Position numbers and translations under genes: made by a program
In this document: positions 9,463 through 22,230 of the stretch, piece after piece
How the letters are laid out: the number at the start of each line of letters is the position of its first letter
How positions within the stretch are numbered: the stretch's first letter is position 1
The notes under the pieces: model-generated
Told to the model about the DNA's origin: nothing
Databases searched by the model: none
Seen by the model: only the letters and a program-made list of their open reading frames with translations
Source of the DNA: Syntrophobacterales bacterium
GTDB lineage: Bacteria > Desulfobacterota > BSN033 > WVXP01 > G020346125
NCBI GenBank assembly: GCA_020346125.1
Contig: CP070774.1
Span: forward strand, 2,006,290 to 2,056,775
Length of the DNA stretch: 50,486 nucleotides
Direction: 5' to 3'

Positions 9463-10476
9463 ATGCCTGAATTAAGGAAAGATCCCATTATCGGCCGGTG
9501 GGTCATCATCTCCACCGAAAGGGGGAGAAGGCCATCGGAATTTTTCTCCGATGAAATTGAGGTGAAAGATGGCTTTTGCCCGCTATGCGAGGGCAATGAA
9601 GACAAAACCCCTCCTGAGGTATTCGCCATTCGAGAAAATGGATCTCCACCTGACTCCCCTGGATGGACGTTGAGGGTCGTTTCCAATAAATTCCCCGCCC
9701 TTAGAGTTGAAGGTAATCTAAACCGGCAAGGGGAAGGGCTTTACGACAAGATGAACGGAGTGGGTGCCCATGAGGTCGTCATCGAGACGCCCGAACATGA
9801 TGAGACCTTGACCACGCTTCCCATCCACAAGGTCATGAAGGTACTCACAGCCTATCGGGAGAGGATTTCTGACCTTAATCGGGACCCGCGGGTAAGGTAC
9901 GTCCTCGTCTTTAAGAATCAGGGTGCAGCTGCCGGGGCCTCCCTCGAACACTCCCATTCCCAGATAATCGCCTTACCCGTTGTGCCCAAAAGGGTAAGCG
10001 AGGAGATCGATGGTGCCAAGGCCTATTATAAGTATAAGGATAGGTGCGTATTCTGTGACATCATCCGGCAGGAGATTGGCCATAAAGCCCGGATAATCGA
10101 GGAAAATACGGCAGCCATTGCTCTAGCCCCCTTTGCCTCTCGTTTTCCCTTTGAGACCTGGATTCTCCCGAAGGACCATAGCGCTTATTTCCATCACACC
10201 GAAGCAGCACAATTCGAAGACATGGCTTCTCTCTTGTCTGATGCCCTAAGAAGAATAGATAGCACGCTGCCCAGTTCTCCATATAATTTTATGCTCCATA
10301 CCGCTCCTTCCAACAAAAATGCTGAAGAATTTTATCACTGGCATATCGAGATTATCCCGAAATTAACAAAGGTGGCTGGATTCGAGTGGGGAACAGGATT
10401 TTACATCAACCCAACCCCCCCGGAAGAAGCTGCAAAGTACCTCCGGGAGGCACGGCCCCAAGGAAACCGCGGTTGA
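9463..10476 (+). CDS. galT: Galactose-1-phosphate uridylyltransferase
   Basis: MPELRKDP, CPLCEGNE, NKFPAL, GASLEHSHSQ (HxHxQ), AGFEWGTG. Confidence 0.92.
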   Translation: MPELRKDPIIGRWVIISTERGRRPSEFFSDEIEVKDGFCPLCEGNEDKTPPEVFAIRENGSPPDSPGWTLRVVSNKFPALRVEGNLNRQGEGLYDKMNGVGAHEVVIETPEHDETLTTLPIHKVMKVLTAYRERISDLNRDPRVRYVLVFKNQGAAAGASLEHSHSQIIALPVVPKRVSEEIDGAKAYYKYKDRCVFCDIIRQEIGHKARIIEENTAAIALAPFASRFPFETWILPKDHSAYFHHTEAAQFEDMASLLSDALRRIDSTLPSSPYNFMLHTAPSNKNAEEFYHWHIEIIPKLTKVAGFEWGTGFYINPTPPEEAAKYLREARPQGNRG

Positions 10477-10481
10477 AATAG

Positions 10482-12401
10482 ATGAACTCCTTTGTCCAAA
10501 GGGAATGCGAAATTCTGGGAAAGATCATTCGGGTTTCCTATTCCACCCTTGAATTCGATGCATGCCTAAGCCGAATCGTTGGGATTCTCGCGGAGGCTTT
10601 TTCAACAGATCTCTGTGCCCTCTACGCCTTTCACGAGGATTCGAACTCCTTCACCTTAACGGCCTCCAGCTACCGCGACGGTATAGAGGCGGACTCCTCA
10701 GGCAGTTCCCGATGGGGGGGATTGATGGGAAAGGTCGCACGGTCTCATCGAGCCCTATTCCTCGCTGGAGATGATCAACCGGATAGCAACCTGAAGGGAA
10801 TGATGAAGGAGTTAACCGGTCCCTTTAGCCTTGCCCTAATCCCCATCGCCGATGATGGCTTTTTTTATGGAATCCTTCTCCTATACTACTGTCAGCCCAG
10901 GAGATTTGAGGATGAGGAAAGGGAATTTCTCCTGATCGTTGGGAGGGAGATATCTGGTCCATTTCGCAGTTCACAGTTCGCGCGGATCGATGCCACGAGG
11001 CTTGCAGAGGAGAAGGATCGCCAAGCTAACCAGCTCTCCCTATTGTACGAGATCAACAACGCCCTTTTATCCACGATGAAGTTCGAACAGATCCTCCACA
11101 TTATCCTCACCGCCATCACTATTGGGGATGGGATGGGGTTCAATAGGGCGATGCTATTCCTATCCGACGAGAGGAGAAATTGCCTCACGGGAATGATGGG
11201 GGTTGGGCCCGACAACGCCGAGGAGGCGGGAAATATCTGGAAAAAATTCGAGGGTAAACGGGATAAGCTTTCCGAAATGCTCTCCTCCTTATCCCATAAC
11301 TACTCCCCCAAGGGAACAAACCTGGATGAGAGGGTAAGAAGGGTAAGCATCCCCCTTGAGAAGGAGGGGTGTATCCTCGTCCGGACCGTAAGGGAACAAA
11401 AACCCTTCAATGTCGATTATGGACGAGATGGATTGACGTGCCGTGAGGATTGCGAACTCAACAAGGAGATCAATTGCATTTTAGGGTCAGAATCGAAGGT
11501 GGACCTTGTGTCCTATCGATTTGCCACGGTTCCCTTATGGGGCCGTGAAGGTACTATCGGGGTCATCGTTGTGGATAACCTCTATAACCAGCGTCCCATT
11601 ACGGAGGACGACATACAACTGTTGACCATGTTTACGAGACAGGCAGGCCTGGCCATCGAGAATTGCATCCTCTACAAATATCTAACGGATGCCCATTTGG
11701 AATTGAAGGCGACCCAAGAAACCCTCCTTCAGAGTGAGAAATTGGCGGCCTTGGGCGAAATGGCCGCTAGTGTGGCCCACGAGATTAAGAACCCACTGGT
11801 CTCCATCGGTGGTTTCACGAGGAGGCTCTATAAAAAGCTGGACAATGGCCTTTACGAAAAAGGTTATGCGGAGGTCATCATCAAAGAGGTGAATCGCTTG
11901 GAGGGTATTCTCAACGATATCCTCAGCTTTTCCAATGCTTCTAAAGTAGTGTTCGAAAAATTCGATCTGAATCGAATCATAGAGGAGACCTTGATTGGAA
12001 TGGAGGATGAACTGAAGTCCCAAGGGATTGAGGTTGAACAGTCCCTCGACAGTAATCTACCGGAGATCCCTTGCGACTACCGGCAAATTAAGCAGGTATT
12101 CATCAATCTTTGTTCCAATTCAAGGGATGCCATGGCAGGCGGAGGACGGTTGACGGTAAAGAGCTTTCCCCTCTCTCAAGAGGGACGGGATTACATCGGC
12201 ATCGAGATAGGGGATACGGGAGGGGGAATTCCCTTCGAGGTGCTCCATAACATTTTCAATCCTTTTTTTACTACCAAGGGGTGGGGTACAGGCCTGGGCT
12301 TAGCCATTTGCCATCGGATTGTAGATGGACATCGCGGTGTCATCGAGGTCGATAATGACCCGGGCCGAGGTGTAACCTTCATCGTCAAATTGCCTGTTTA
12401 G
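10482..12401 (+). CDS. Cytoplasmic GAF-GAF sensor histidine kinase
   Basis: Two GAF-like domains; AHEIKNPL H-box; N, DTGGG, FNPFFTTK and GTGLGL boxes. Confidence 0.9.
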   Translation: MNSFVQRECEILGKIIRVSYSTLEFDACLSRIVGILAEAFSTDLCALYAFHEDSNSFTLTASSYRDGIEADSSGSSRWGGLMGKVARSHRALFLAGDDQPDSNLKGMMKELTGPFSLALIPIADDGFFYGILLLYYCQPRRFEDEEREFLLIVGREISGPFRSSQFARIDATRLAEEKDRQANQLSLLYEINNALLSTMKFEQILHIILTAITIGDGMGFNRAMLFLSDERRNCLTGMMGVGPDNAEEAGNIWKKFEGKRDKLSEMLSSLSHNYSPKGTNLDERVRRVSIPLEKEGCILVRTVREQKPFNVDYGRDGLTCREDCELNKEINCILGSESKVDLVSYRFATVPLWGREGTIGVIVVDNLYNQRPITEDDIQLLTMFTRQAGLAIENCILYKYLTDAHLELKATQETLLQSEKLAALGEMAASVAHEIKNPLVSIGGFTRRLYKKLDNGLYEKGYAEVIIKEVNRLEGILNDILSFSNASKVVFEKFDLNRIIEETLIGMEDELKSQGIEVEQSLDSNLPEIPCDYRQIKQVFINLCSNSRDAMAGGGRLTVKSFPLSQEGRDYIGIEIGDTGGGIPFEVLHNIFNPFFTTKGWGTGLGLAICHRIVDGHRGVIEVDNDPGRGVTFIVKLPV

Positions 12402-12454
12402 GCATCGTATCGTACTTCGTACCTTGCCAGACGCCGGTGGAAATGAGGGGATCG

Positions 12455-12811
12455 ATGAAGAAGATACTGGTGGTTGACGATGAGGAAAACATCCGACTCC
12501 TCTATAAAGAGGAATTAGAGGAAGAGGGATATACTGTTGATGTGGCCATCAATGGCCAAGAGGCCTTGGATAAAATGAATACCTTTAAGCCCGACCTCAT
12601 CACCCTGGATATCAAGATGCCCGGAATGGATGGAGTCGAAACATTGCGGAGGATCAGGGAGGTCCAACGGAATCTGCCGGTCATATTGTGCTCTGCATAT
12701 GGCGAATATAAACAGGATCTCACAACATGGGCATCCGATGCCTATGTGATCAAGACATCGGATCTGAATGAATTAAAGGGTACAATAAGGATATTATTAT
12801 TAAATGATTGA
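12455..12811 (+). CDS. Single-domain response regulator
   Basis: ILVVDDE, LDIKMPGMDG, CSAY, YVIK. Confidence 0.9.
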   Translation: MKKILVVDDEENIRLLYKEELEEEGYTVDVAINGQEALDKMNTFKPDLITLDIKMPGMDGVETLRRIREVQRNLPVILCSAYGEYKQDLTTWASDAYVIKTSDLNELKGTIRILLLND

Positions 12812-12903
12812 TTTCCAGGTTCGATGTCATGGCAGAATTCGCTCAGAAGCATCCCGAACTTGTGCGGTCCGGATCTATTGGGAAAATTACACGATAAAAT
12901 GGA

Positions 12904-12978
12904 GGGGATGTAGCTCAGCGGGAGAGCATCGCGTTCGCAACGCGGGGGTCGGGGGTTCGAATCCCCTCATCTCCACCA
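12904..12978 (+). tRNA. tRNA-Ala(CGC)
   Basis: Cloverleaf with G3:U70, anticodon loop TTCGCAA, TTCGAAT T-loop and encoded CCA. Confidence 0.95.
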
Positions 12979-13194
12979 TAATACCTTGAATCCCAAGGAA
13001 ATAGAGGCCAATGTTAAAAGACAAAAAGGTCGGCGTTATCGGAACGGTAGAGGGGATCTTATGGTGGTATAAGGGCTACACAAGCAATTGCAAGAGTTTG
13101 CGGTTAAGTTTGGTTACGAAGACGATAACCTTCGCGCCTTGGTAAGGATTTTCATCGCTGGTATTTTAATGATCATATATATACCGTCAATACT

Positions 13195-13623
13195 TCAGGC
13201 TTCTATGGGTATTTGAGCCTTTTCGCCCAAGGATAAAAGCACCTTATTCCATATCGAACGATCATCCCTGTTCAGCCCTATGAAATGCATTCTAATCCTG
13301 AGATGGTTTTCCCCTTGCCTCTTAAACCACTCAATTTCACCGATGGCCTTGAAATTTACTCCCCCGGCTATGAGTTCAACGGCGACATCTACTCCAATCT
13401 TGTTCATCGCGGCTTCGACAAGGGAGGTAATATCGATATAATCATATAACCCCAGCTTGATACACCTCCCATCCAACGAGATACTAACCGTTTCCCCACT
13501 GATGAGGGTAGTTATGATTCCGGTTCTTCCCCGCACATAGAGCTTGAGCATAACGGGAAATGTAGTATTGAGTCGAAAGAATTGCCTTTTTTCTGGGCCC
13601 TTATCGATATTTGTCTCTTCCAT
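13195..13623 (-). CDS. PilZ domain protein
   Basis: EKRQFFR (RxxxR), SISLDG (degenerate DxSxxG), GEIEW..MHF. Confidence 0.7.
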   Translation of the reverse strand: MEETNIDKGPEKRQFFRLNTTFPVMLKLYVRGRTGIITTLISGETVSISLDGRCIKLGLYDYIDITSLVEAAMNKIGVDVAVELIAGGVNFKAIGEIEWFKRQGENHLRIRMHFIGLNRDDRSIWNKVLLSLGEKAQIPIEA

Positions 13624-13856
13624 CTTTCACCCATTATTTACAGTCTCAAATTAAACAATTTCAGTGCCAATGAATTAGTATGTGGGTGGTCACCTGGGTT
13701 CTCTTTGATGGAAGTTGGAGGACCTTACGGCATGGAAAATTTCTTATAACCCGCGAGCTTCGGAGGCATTTTTCAATAAGGGATAGGTATGAATTAGATG
13801 GTGGATCGGGAGGCGCTAGAGCTCATGAGTGTGCTACGACACAGAACATGATATCC

Positions 13857-16526
13857 TTAATGGGCCTCGTCCCAATTCCTCCCACAAGCGATGGAGACTT
13901 TCAAGGGGACTGAACACTTCATCACGCCTTCCATCCCTTCTCGAATAATCTGACTCGCCCGCTTCAACTCGCCCTCCGGGCATTCGAAGACCAATTCGTC
14001 GTGGACTTGCATGATCATCTTGGCGGAGAGGTTCAGGTCTTTGAGCCGCCTATGGATTTTGATCATAGCGCCCTTTATCAAATCGGCCGCAGTCCCTTGA
14101 ATCGGGGTGTTAATAGCCGTCCGCTCAGCGGCACTTCTCGCCATCTGATTCGAGCTGTTGATCTCGGGAAGATAACGCCTCCGTCCAAGAATGGTGGTTA
14201 CATACCCCTTTTCCCTCGCATCCCTTAGGGAGAAGTCGATGTAGTCCTTCACCCCCTGATATTTTTGGAAATACCCCTCGATATATGCTGAGGCCACCTT
14301 TGGTTCGATATCCAACTCCTTCCCCAGGCCGAAGGCACTCATACCATAGATGATCCCGAAGTTGATGACCTTAGCCTGTCTTCTCATCTCCAGAGTGACA
14401 TCTTTTAGGTGGACTCCAAAGATACTCGAGGCCGTTCGCGCGTGGATGTCCTCATCCCTATGAAAGGCTTCACAGAGGGTATCATCCCTTGTAAGATGGG
14501 CCAAAATCCTCAATTCGATTTGCGAATAATCCGCCGAGAGCATCAACCAGCCCTCTGCAGGGATAAAGGCTTGGCGGATCCTCTTCCCCTCCTCAGATCG
14601 AATGGGGATATTCTGGAGATTGGGATCGCTTGAACTCAGCCTTCCCGTTGCCGTAACCGTTTGATTATAGGAGGTATGTACCCTTCCAGTCCGAGGATTG
14701 ATCAACTTTGGAAGGGCATCGATATATGTTGATTTCAGCTTGGAAAGGCTGCGATATGCCAGCAACTCCAGGGGAAGATCATGCTGTTGAGCCAACTTAG
14801 TCAGGACCTCCGTATCCGTTGAAGCCCCCGTCTTGGTTCTCTTAATCTCTGGAAGCTGCAATTTTTCGAAGAGGATCTTGCCCAACTGCTGGGAAGAGTT
14901 AATGTTGAATTGCTCCCCGGCCAATCGGTAAATTCGATCCGCTACGAAGGCAAGTTGACTTTCGAACTCATTGGACATCTCCTCCAGCAGGGATCGATCG
15001 ATTTTGACCCCGTTCATCTCCATGTGGGCCAAGACCTCGATCAGGGGAATCTCTACCTCGTCGAAGAGGTCCTCAAGGCCCTCATCGGCCAACTTGGGAA
15101 GGAGGATGTGGCTCACGAGGAAGGTGACGTCGGAATCCTCGCACGAATAATTCTTCGCCGTGTTCAGGTCTACTTGATCAAAGGTCACTTCCCTTTTACC
15201 CGATCCCACCACGTCCTTGTAGCTGATCATCCGATGATCCAGATATTCCCGGGCTATTTCCTCCAGGTTGTGATTATGCTTTGTGGGGTTCAAGAGATAG
15301 GATGCCACCATGGTGTCGCACCCTATTCCCCTCAACTCGATGCCGTTCCGTTTGAGCAACACATATTCGTATTTGATATTTTGACCGTTTTTTTTGAGCT
15401 TCTCATCCTCGAAGAGGGGTTTCAACTGGCTGAGGACAAGCTCCTTATCCAATTGTCTCGGAACCCCCCGGTATCGATGTCCCAGGGGGATATAATATGC
15501 TTGATGGGGATTGAAGGAGAAGGAGAGTCCAACGAGCTCAGCCAACATGGGGTTCCTGGAGGTGGTCTCGAAATCAAAGGTAAATCCTTGGCACCCTTTT
15601 AACTCCCCTACCAAATTCGAAAATTGATCTTCCTCGGTGACTATGTGATAGTCTTCCATAGATAGGGTTCCGCTCGTTATCTCCTTGAGAAATTTGCTGA
15701 ATTCCAGCTCCCGGAAAAGCTCCTTGAGCATCTCCATATCGGGCTCGGATAAGACGAAATCCTCGAGGTTATATACAAGGGGAACATCCGTTGAAATCGT
15801 TGCCAGGCGTTTGCTCAACTTGGCCTGTTCCCCAAACTCGATAAGGGCTTCAATCAACTTCTTCTTGGGCACCCTCTCCCTGTTGGCGAGAAGGTTTTCG
15901 AGGGTCTTATACTGCTTTATCAACGTGACGGCCGTCTTCTCTCCTATCCCTGGAACCCCGGGGATGTTGTCTGTCGAATCTCCCATGAGGGCCATGATAT
16001 CCGTCATCTGCTCCGGCTTGACGGCATATCGCTCGACCACCTCCTCTGCTCCAAAGAAGCGACCCTTCATGGTGTCCAGGGTGCGAATATGCTCACCCAC
16101 CAACTGCAACATATCCTTGTCACCCGTCACGATGACGACATCCACTCCCTTTTTTGCCGTTTCCTTTGCGATGGTCCCTATGATATCATCGGCCTCGTAA
16201 CCTTCTTTCTCGATGACCGGAATACTATAGGCCTCGATGATTCGTTTAATATAAGGAATCTGATGCTCTAATCCCTCCGGCATGCCGGGACGGTTGGCCT
16301 TATAATCGGAATAGATCTCGTCCCGGAAGGTCGGGCCCTTGGCATCGAAGACCACTGCGACATATTCGGGCTTCATCTCTCTAAGGATCTTAAGCAGCAT
16401 GGAGGTAAAACCGAAGATGGCATTGGTAGGAAAGCCTTTAGATGTAGACAATTGGCCGATAGCATAGAAAGCCCTGTATATATATGAACTCCCATCAATG
16501 AGGAAAAGGCGCGGTATCTCGGGCAT
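13857..16526 (-). CDS. polA: DNA polymerase I
   Basis: LIDGSSYIYRAF 5'-3' exonuclease; DFETT 3'-5' exonuclease; TGRLSSSDPNLQNIP, DYSQIELR, QVHDELVFE. Confidence 0.98.
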   Translation of the reverse strand: MPEIPRLFLIDGSSYIYRAFYAIGQLSTSKGFPTNAIFGFTSMLLKILREMKPEYVAVVFDAKGPTFRDEIYSDYKANRPGMPEGLEHQIPYIKRIIEAYSIPVIEKEGYEADDIIGTIAKETAKKGVDVVIVTGDKDMLQLVGEHIRTLDTMKGRFFGAEEVVERYAVKPEQMTDIMALMGDSTDNIPGVPGIGEKTAVTLIKQYKTLENLLANRERVPKKKLIEALIEFGEQAKLSKRLATISTDVPLVYNLEDFVLSEPDMEMLKELFRELEFSKFLKEITSGTLSMEDYHIVTEEDQFSNLVGELKGCQGFTFDFETTSRNPMLAELVGLSFSFNPHQAYYIPLGHRYRGVPRQLDKELVLSQLKPLFEDEKLKKNGQNIKYEYVLLKRNGIELRGIGCDTMVASYLLNPTKHNHNLEEIAREYLDHRMISYKDVVGSGKREVTFDQVDLNTAKNYSCEDSDVTFLVSHILLPKLADEGLEDLFDEVEIPLIEVLAHMEMNGVKIDRSLLEEMSNEFESQLAFVADRIYRLAGEQFNINSSQQLGKILFEKLQLPEIKRTKTGASTDTEVLTKLAQQHDLPLELLAYRSLSKLKSTYIDALPKLINPRTGRVHTSYNQTVTATGRLSSSDPNLQNIPIRSEEGKRIRQAFIPAEGWLMLSADYSQIELRILAHLTRDDTLCEAFHRDEDIHARTASSIFGVHLKDVTLEMRRQAKVINFGIIYGMSAFGLGKELDIEPKVASAYIEGYFQKYQGVKDYIDFSLRDAREKGYVTTILGRRRYLPEINSSNQMARSAAERTAINTPIQGTAADLIKGAMIKIHRRLKDLNLSAKMIMQVHDELVFECPEGELKRASQIIREGMEGVMKCSVPLKVSIACGRNWDEAH

Positions 16527-16607
16527 ATCAAACCATTCCCGTGGGTTTGGCGAAAAGGGGCGAGGAAGACAGACGGGAGAAGAATCCTTCCTTCAGCGGA
16601 ATCCTCA

Positions 16608-17528
16608 TCATTTCATCCCAGCAAGGGTGTATATACGCATTCGATTTCCCCCTTGGCTTTTTGCCATATACATGGCATCATCAACGGATTTTACGAAATG
16701 CTTGATATCGCTATCGGAGTTATATTCGGCCAAGCCTATGCTGATGGTAACGTTCCCGAGCTTTGCCTTCTCCACTAACCCCCTTATCCTTTCGGCTATC
16801 TCAGAGGCGCGATCCGCCTCCACCCCGATGAGAATGACGGCAAACTCATCACCTCCGTATCGATAGCCCGAATCGACCTTCTGCCTGATGCATTGGTCAA
16901 CGATTTTCCCAATCGTCTCCAGTACCTTATCACCTTCGATATGGCCTCGGGTATCGTTGTATTTCTTGAAATTATCCACATCGAACATCATGAGCGAGAG
17001 GGGGATGTTTTGGCGTTGGGCCCGTATCGTCTCCTCCTCCAATTTTTTGTAGAAATACCTGTGGTTATAGAGTCCCGTCAGATCATCGGTAATGGAAAGC
17101 CTTCTCACCTCCTCCTCAAGGCGTTCCTTTTCCCTTACTATCCGGGTTTTTTCGATACATCGGTTAACGATATGGACCAGATGGTCCATCTCGAAGGGCT
17201 TTTTAACAAAATCTGAGGCCCCTTCTTTCAGGGCCTGAATGGCGTTATCCAAAGTCGCATATGCGGTCAGCATCACCACGGATTGACCCGGGGTTTCCCT
17301 CTTAATCTTTCGGAGTGCCATGTTCCCATCGATACCGGGAAGGTTGATATCCAAGAGGATGACATCGGGCTTTATCTGGGTTGCCCTCCGAACCCCTTCC
17401 TCTCCTGTGGACGCCGTGAATACCGCGTGTCCCTCGGATTTAAATAGTTTCTTGACGATATCGACGGTGTCCGGGATATCATCGATGATGAGGATCTTCG
17501 CTTTTTCACCCTTTTTTGACTTTTCCAT
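16608..17528 (-). CDS. Response-regulator diguanylate cyclase (REC-GGDEF)
   Basis: Receiver domain; DDLTGLYN, DVDNFKKYND, RYGGDEF. Confidence 0.92.
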   Translation of the reverse strand: MEKSKKGEKAKILIIDDIPDTVDIVKKLFKSEGHAVFTASTGEEGVRRATQIKPDVILLDINLPGIDGNMALRKIKRETPGQSVVMLTAYATLDNAIQALKEGASDFVKKPFEMDHLVHIVNRCIEKTRIVREKERLEEEVRRLSITDDLTGLYNHRYFYKKLEEETIRAQRQNIPLSLMMFDVDNFKKYNDTRGHIEGDKVLETIGKIVDQCIRQKVDSGYRYGGDEFAVILIGVEADRASEIAERIRGLVEKAKLGNVTISIGLAEYNSDSDIKHFVKSVDDAMYMAKSQGGNRMRIYTLAGMK

Positions 17529-17535
17529 TGTCCCT

Positions 17536-19203
17536 CTACCTAGCAAGTGGGACGGTGAAGTAGAAGGTGCTTCCCCTTCCGACCTCGGAATCTACCCAAA
17601 TCTTTCCCCCATGTTCCTCGACAATTCCCTTCACGATGGTCAAACCCAATCCCGTTCCGCCATATCGTTTCCGGTCGACCTGGTAAAATTCATCGAATAC
17701 CTTCTCGCGTTGATCCTCTGGGATTCCAACCCCGCTGTCGGAGACCTCTGCTAAAACCACATCGTTATCTCGCCGGGCCCCAATCTTCACCTCCCCACCT
17801 GGCGAAGTGAATCTAAAGGCGTTGGATAAGAGGTTGATATAGATATCGTGGAGCCGATTTTTATCCACTTCAACATGGATATCCCTGGGAATTTTAATCT
17901 TTATATCGATCCGCTTTTCAACGGGCTTGATCTCCTTTACGTACTCCTTGACCGCCTTCAGGAGATTTACCCTCTCCACGAGAAGGTCTATCTTTCCGGC
18001 TTTGATTCTGGCCATATCCAGCATCTTCTCCATGATCTCCTGGATTCGATTGGTATTTCTCTGAATGGTAACGAGGTACTGCCGAAAGTTCCTCGGCATT
18101 GGTCCTTCCCTTCCGCTGAGGATGAAATCGACGTTGGCCTTGATTGCGGTCAAGGGAGTTTTAAGCTCATGGGACGCGGTACCCAGGAACTTGGATTTCA
18201 TCTCATCCATTTCTATCAACTCCCTATTGGCCTTCTCCAACTCCTTCTTGGCCTCATTGATATCCTCCAAGATATTGAGCGTGGCCATTCGGGCCTCGGA
18301 CAATTCCGTCACATTGTGCTCCAGTTCCGTTGTCCTTTCCTCAACCTTCCTCTCCAGAGTAATGCTGTAATCCTCCAACTCCTTCCTCGAATCCTCCAAT
18401 TGTCTCACCATTTGGTTGAAAGACCTGGCCAGATCCCCGATTTCGTCGTTTGTGCTGATGGCCACGGGATGGCTCAAATCCCCCCTTGTGATCCTCCGCG
18501 TCGCCGATACCAACTGGCCTATGGGGTTGACGATAATATCCACGAGCAAGATGGTGATAAGAATTCCAATCCCCACCACCACAAGGATCAGAATTCCGAC
18601 ATTTCTCTTGACCTCAGCCAGTTCTCTATCCATCCGGTGCAGCGAAAGCCCCAAGTGAGCGACTCCGACCGCATTTTTAGCCACAGGCTTCCCTATCAGC
18701 CCTTGCCAAAGATTAGATAGCGGGTCTATTTCTACCCTTGAATCCCGGAAGGAGACGGGGTCTTTCTGTTGAGCAATCTCATCGCCCTCCAGCAATATGG
18801 TGTGAATGAAACTTGAGCAGACTAAAAGGTGAAGTTCCCTTTTCTTTCCTGCATTGGCCGCTGAATATGATTTGGCCAGCACGCCTCCTTGGGCATCTTG
18901 GATCAAACAGAATACCACTTCCTCCTCTCTTATGGCCCCCCTGACGAGGGTTTTTAGCATTTCTTGGTTATTAGTTATAACGGAATAGAGGCTGCTATTG
19001 GCCAGGGTACGGACCAGCGTCTCGCCCTTATGTCTCAGATTGGCCTGAATGAGATTGACCTCCCGTGTGATGAAAAACCAACTCATGGTGGTAGAGGTCA
19101 GCAAGATCAGAAGGACGGTTACCAATATGAACTTTAAATGGATGCCGAAACGTATCCTTCTTCTCAATACATCCGGTACTATTACTGAGAGCCCTTTCAC
19201 CAA
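17536..19203 (-). CDS. Membrane HAMP sensor histidine kinase
   Basis: Two TM helices, HAMP (DEIGDLARSFNQM), SHELKTPL, NAFRFT, GTGLGL. Confidence 0.92.
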   Translation of the reverse strand: MVKGLSVIVPDVLRRRIRFGIHLKFILVTVLLILLTSTTMSWFFITREVNLIQANLRHKGETLVRTLANSSLYSVITNNQEMLKTLVRGAIREEEVVFCLIQDAQGGVLAKSYSAANAGKKRELHLLVCSSFIHTILLEGDEIAQQKDPVSFRDSRVEIDPLSNLWQGLIGKPVAKNAVGVAHLGLSLHRMDRELAEVKRNVGILILVVVGIGILITILLVDIIVNPIGQLVSATRRITRGDLSHPVAISTNDEIGDLARSFNQMVRQLEDSRKELEDYSITLERKVEERTTELEHNVTELSEARMATLNILEDINEAKKELEKANRELIEMDEMKSKFLGTASHELKTPLTAIKANVDFILSGREGPMPRNFRQYLVTIQRNTNRIQEIMEKMLDMARIKAGKIDLLVERVNLLKAVKEYVKEIKPVEKRIDIKIKIPRDIHVEVDKNRLHDIYINLLSNAFRFTSPGGEVKIGARRDNDVVLAEVSDSGVGIPEDQREKVFDEFYQVDRKRYGGTGLGLTIVKGIVEEHGGKIWVDSEVGRGSTFYFTVPLAR

Positions 19204-19289
19204 ATCTCCTCCAAATCCCTATTGCCTTCTCACCCATTTCATTATAGGGGAAGAACCACCTTCCTCCTGAAACAACATATCCCAATGAT

Positions 19290-21337
<2,048 letters not shown>

Positions 21338-21422
21338 CTATCCCTCCCGAAGGGCCTTTAAGGCGCAACACTATATTTATAGCCCATTTTGACCATATTG
21401 TCCAGTGAAATTAATGAGATAG

Positions 21423-22217
21423 CTAACCACTCGTTGTCCCCGTGACATAATCAACGATAGCTTTGGTAAGGGCCTGTATGGTGAATGATTGGGGCATAAT
21501 ATCGGGGGTTATTCCATATCCCCGGAGAGTATCAGCAGTAATGGGACCAATAGCCGCTATGGCCACTCCAGCCAATGGGGGTTTTAATCCCACCCTTTCC
21601 TCATACATTTGGAAAAAGTGGTTCACCGTTGATGAACTGGTGAAGGTGATGAGATCAATTCTATCCCCCTTGAATATCCTTTCCAACTCGCTTTTGCTGA
21701 TAGTGGGCATTATCGCTTGATAGACCTCAATCACATCCACAACCGCCCCTAATTTGCGTAATTCCCTTGGAAGGAGGTCTCGTGCCCTCTTTGCCCTGGC
21801 CAACAATATTCGCCTTCCCTCCAGTTCCTCAATCCCCAATCTTTGAACCAAGGCCTCGGCACAATACTGGTCCGGAACCAAATCCACTTTCACCCCTGCA
21901 TTCTCGATCTCCTGAGCCGTTCTCGGTCCGATGGCACAGAACCGGAGACTCCTGAACTCCTTCAATCGCCGCTTTTTCAGTTTCAACCGTCTGAGGAAAA
22001 ATTTGACCCCGTTTCTGCTCGTGAAAATGATCCAATGGTAAGCTTCAAGGTTGCCTATTGCTTTGTCTGCGGGGTACCAGCTCTCGGGGGGGACGATCTT
22101 TATGGTCGGAAGTTCGACTACGTAGGCCCCATATCCCTTGAGCAACCGGGAGAGTTCCCCCGCCTGCTCTCGGGCCCTCGTGATAACTATCCTCCTTCCC
22201 AGCAGGGGTTTCTCCAT
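21423..22217 (-). CDS. hemD: Uroporphyrinogen-III synthase
   Basis: IVITRAREQA, IIFTSRNGV, AIGPRTA, FTSSSTV, AIGPITA. Confidence 0.9.
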   Translation of the reverse strand: MEKPLLGRRIVITRAREQAGELSRLLKGYGAYVVELPTIKIVPPESWYPADKAIGNLEAYHWIIFTSRNGVKFFLRRLKLKKRRLKEFRSLRFCAIGPRTAQEIENAGVKVDLVPDQYCAEALVQRLGIEELEGRRILLARAKRARDLLPRELRKLGAVVDVIEVYQAIMPTISKSELERIFKGDRIDLITFTSSSTVNHFFQMYEERVGLKPPLAGVAIAAIGPITADTLRGYGITPDIMPQSFTIQALTKAIVDYVTGTTSG

Positions 22218-22230
22218 ACTCCCTCTTCAC

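Noticed and set aside
12979-13194. Integrative element at tRNA-Ala
   Set aside because: No integrase and no duplicated tRNA 3' end seen
14910-18720. Long antisense ORFs (14910-15602, 17848-18720 and similar elsewhere)
   Set aside because: They shadow well-supported genes on the opposite strand and have no recognisable motifs
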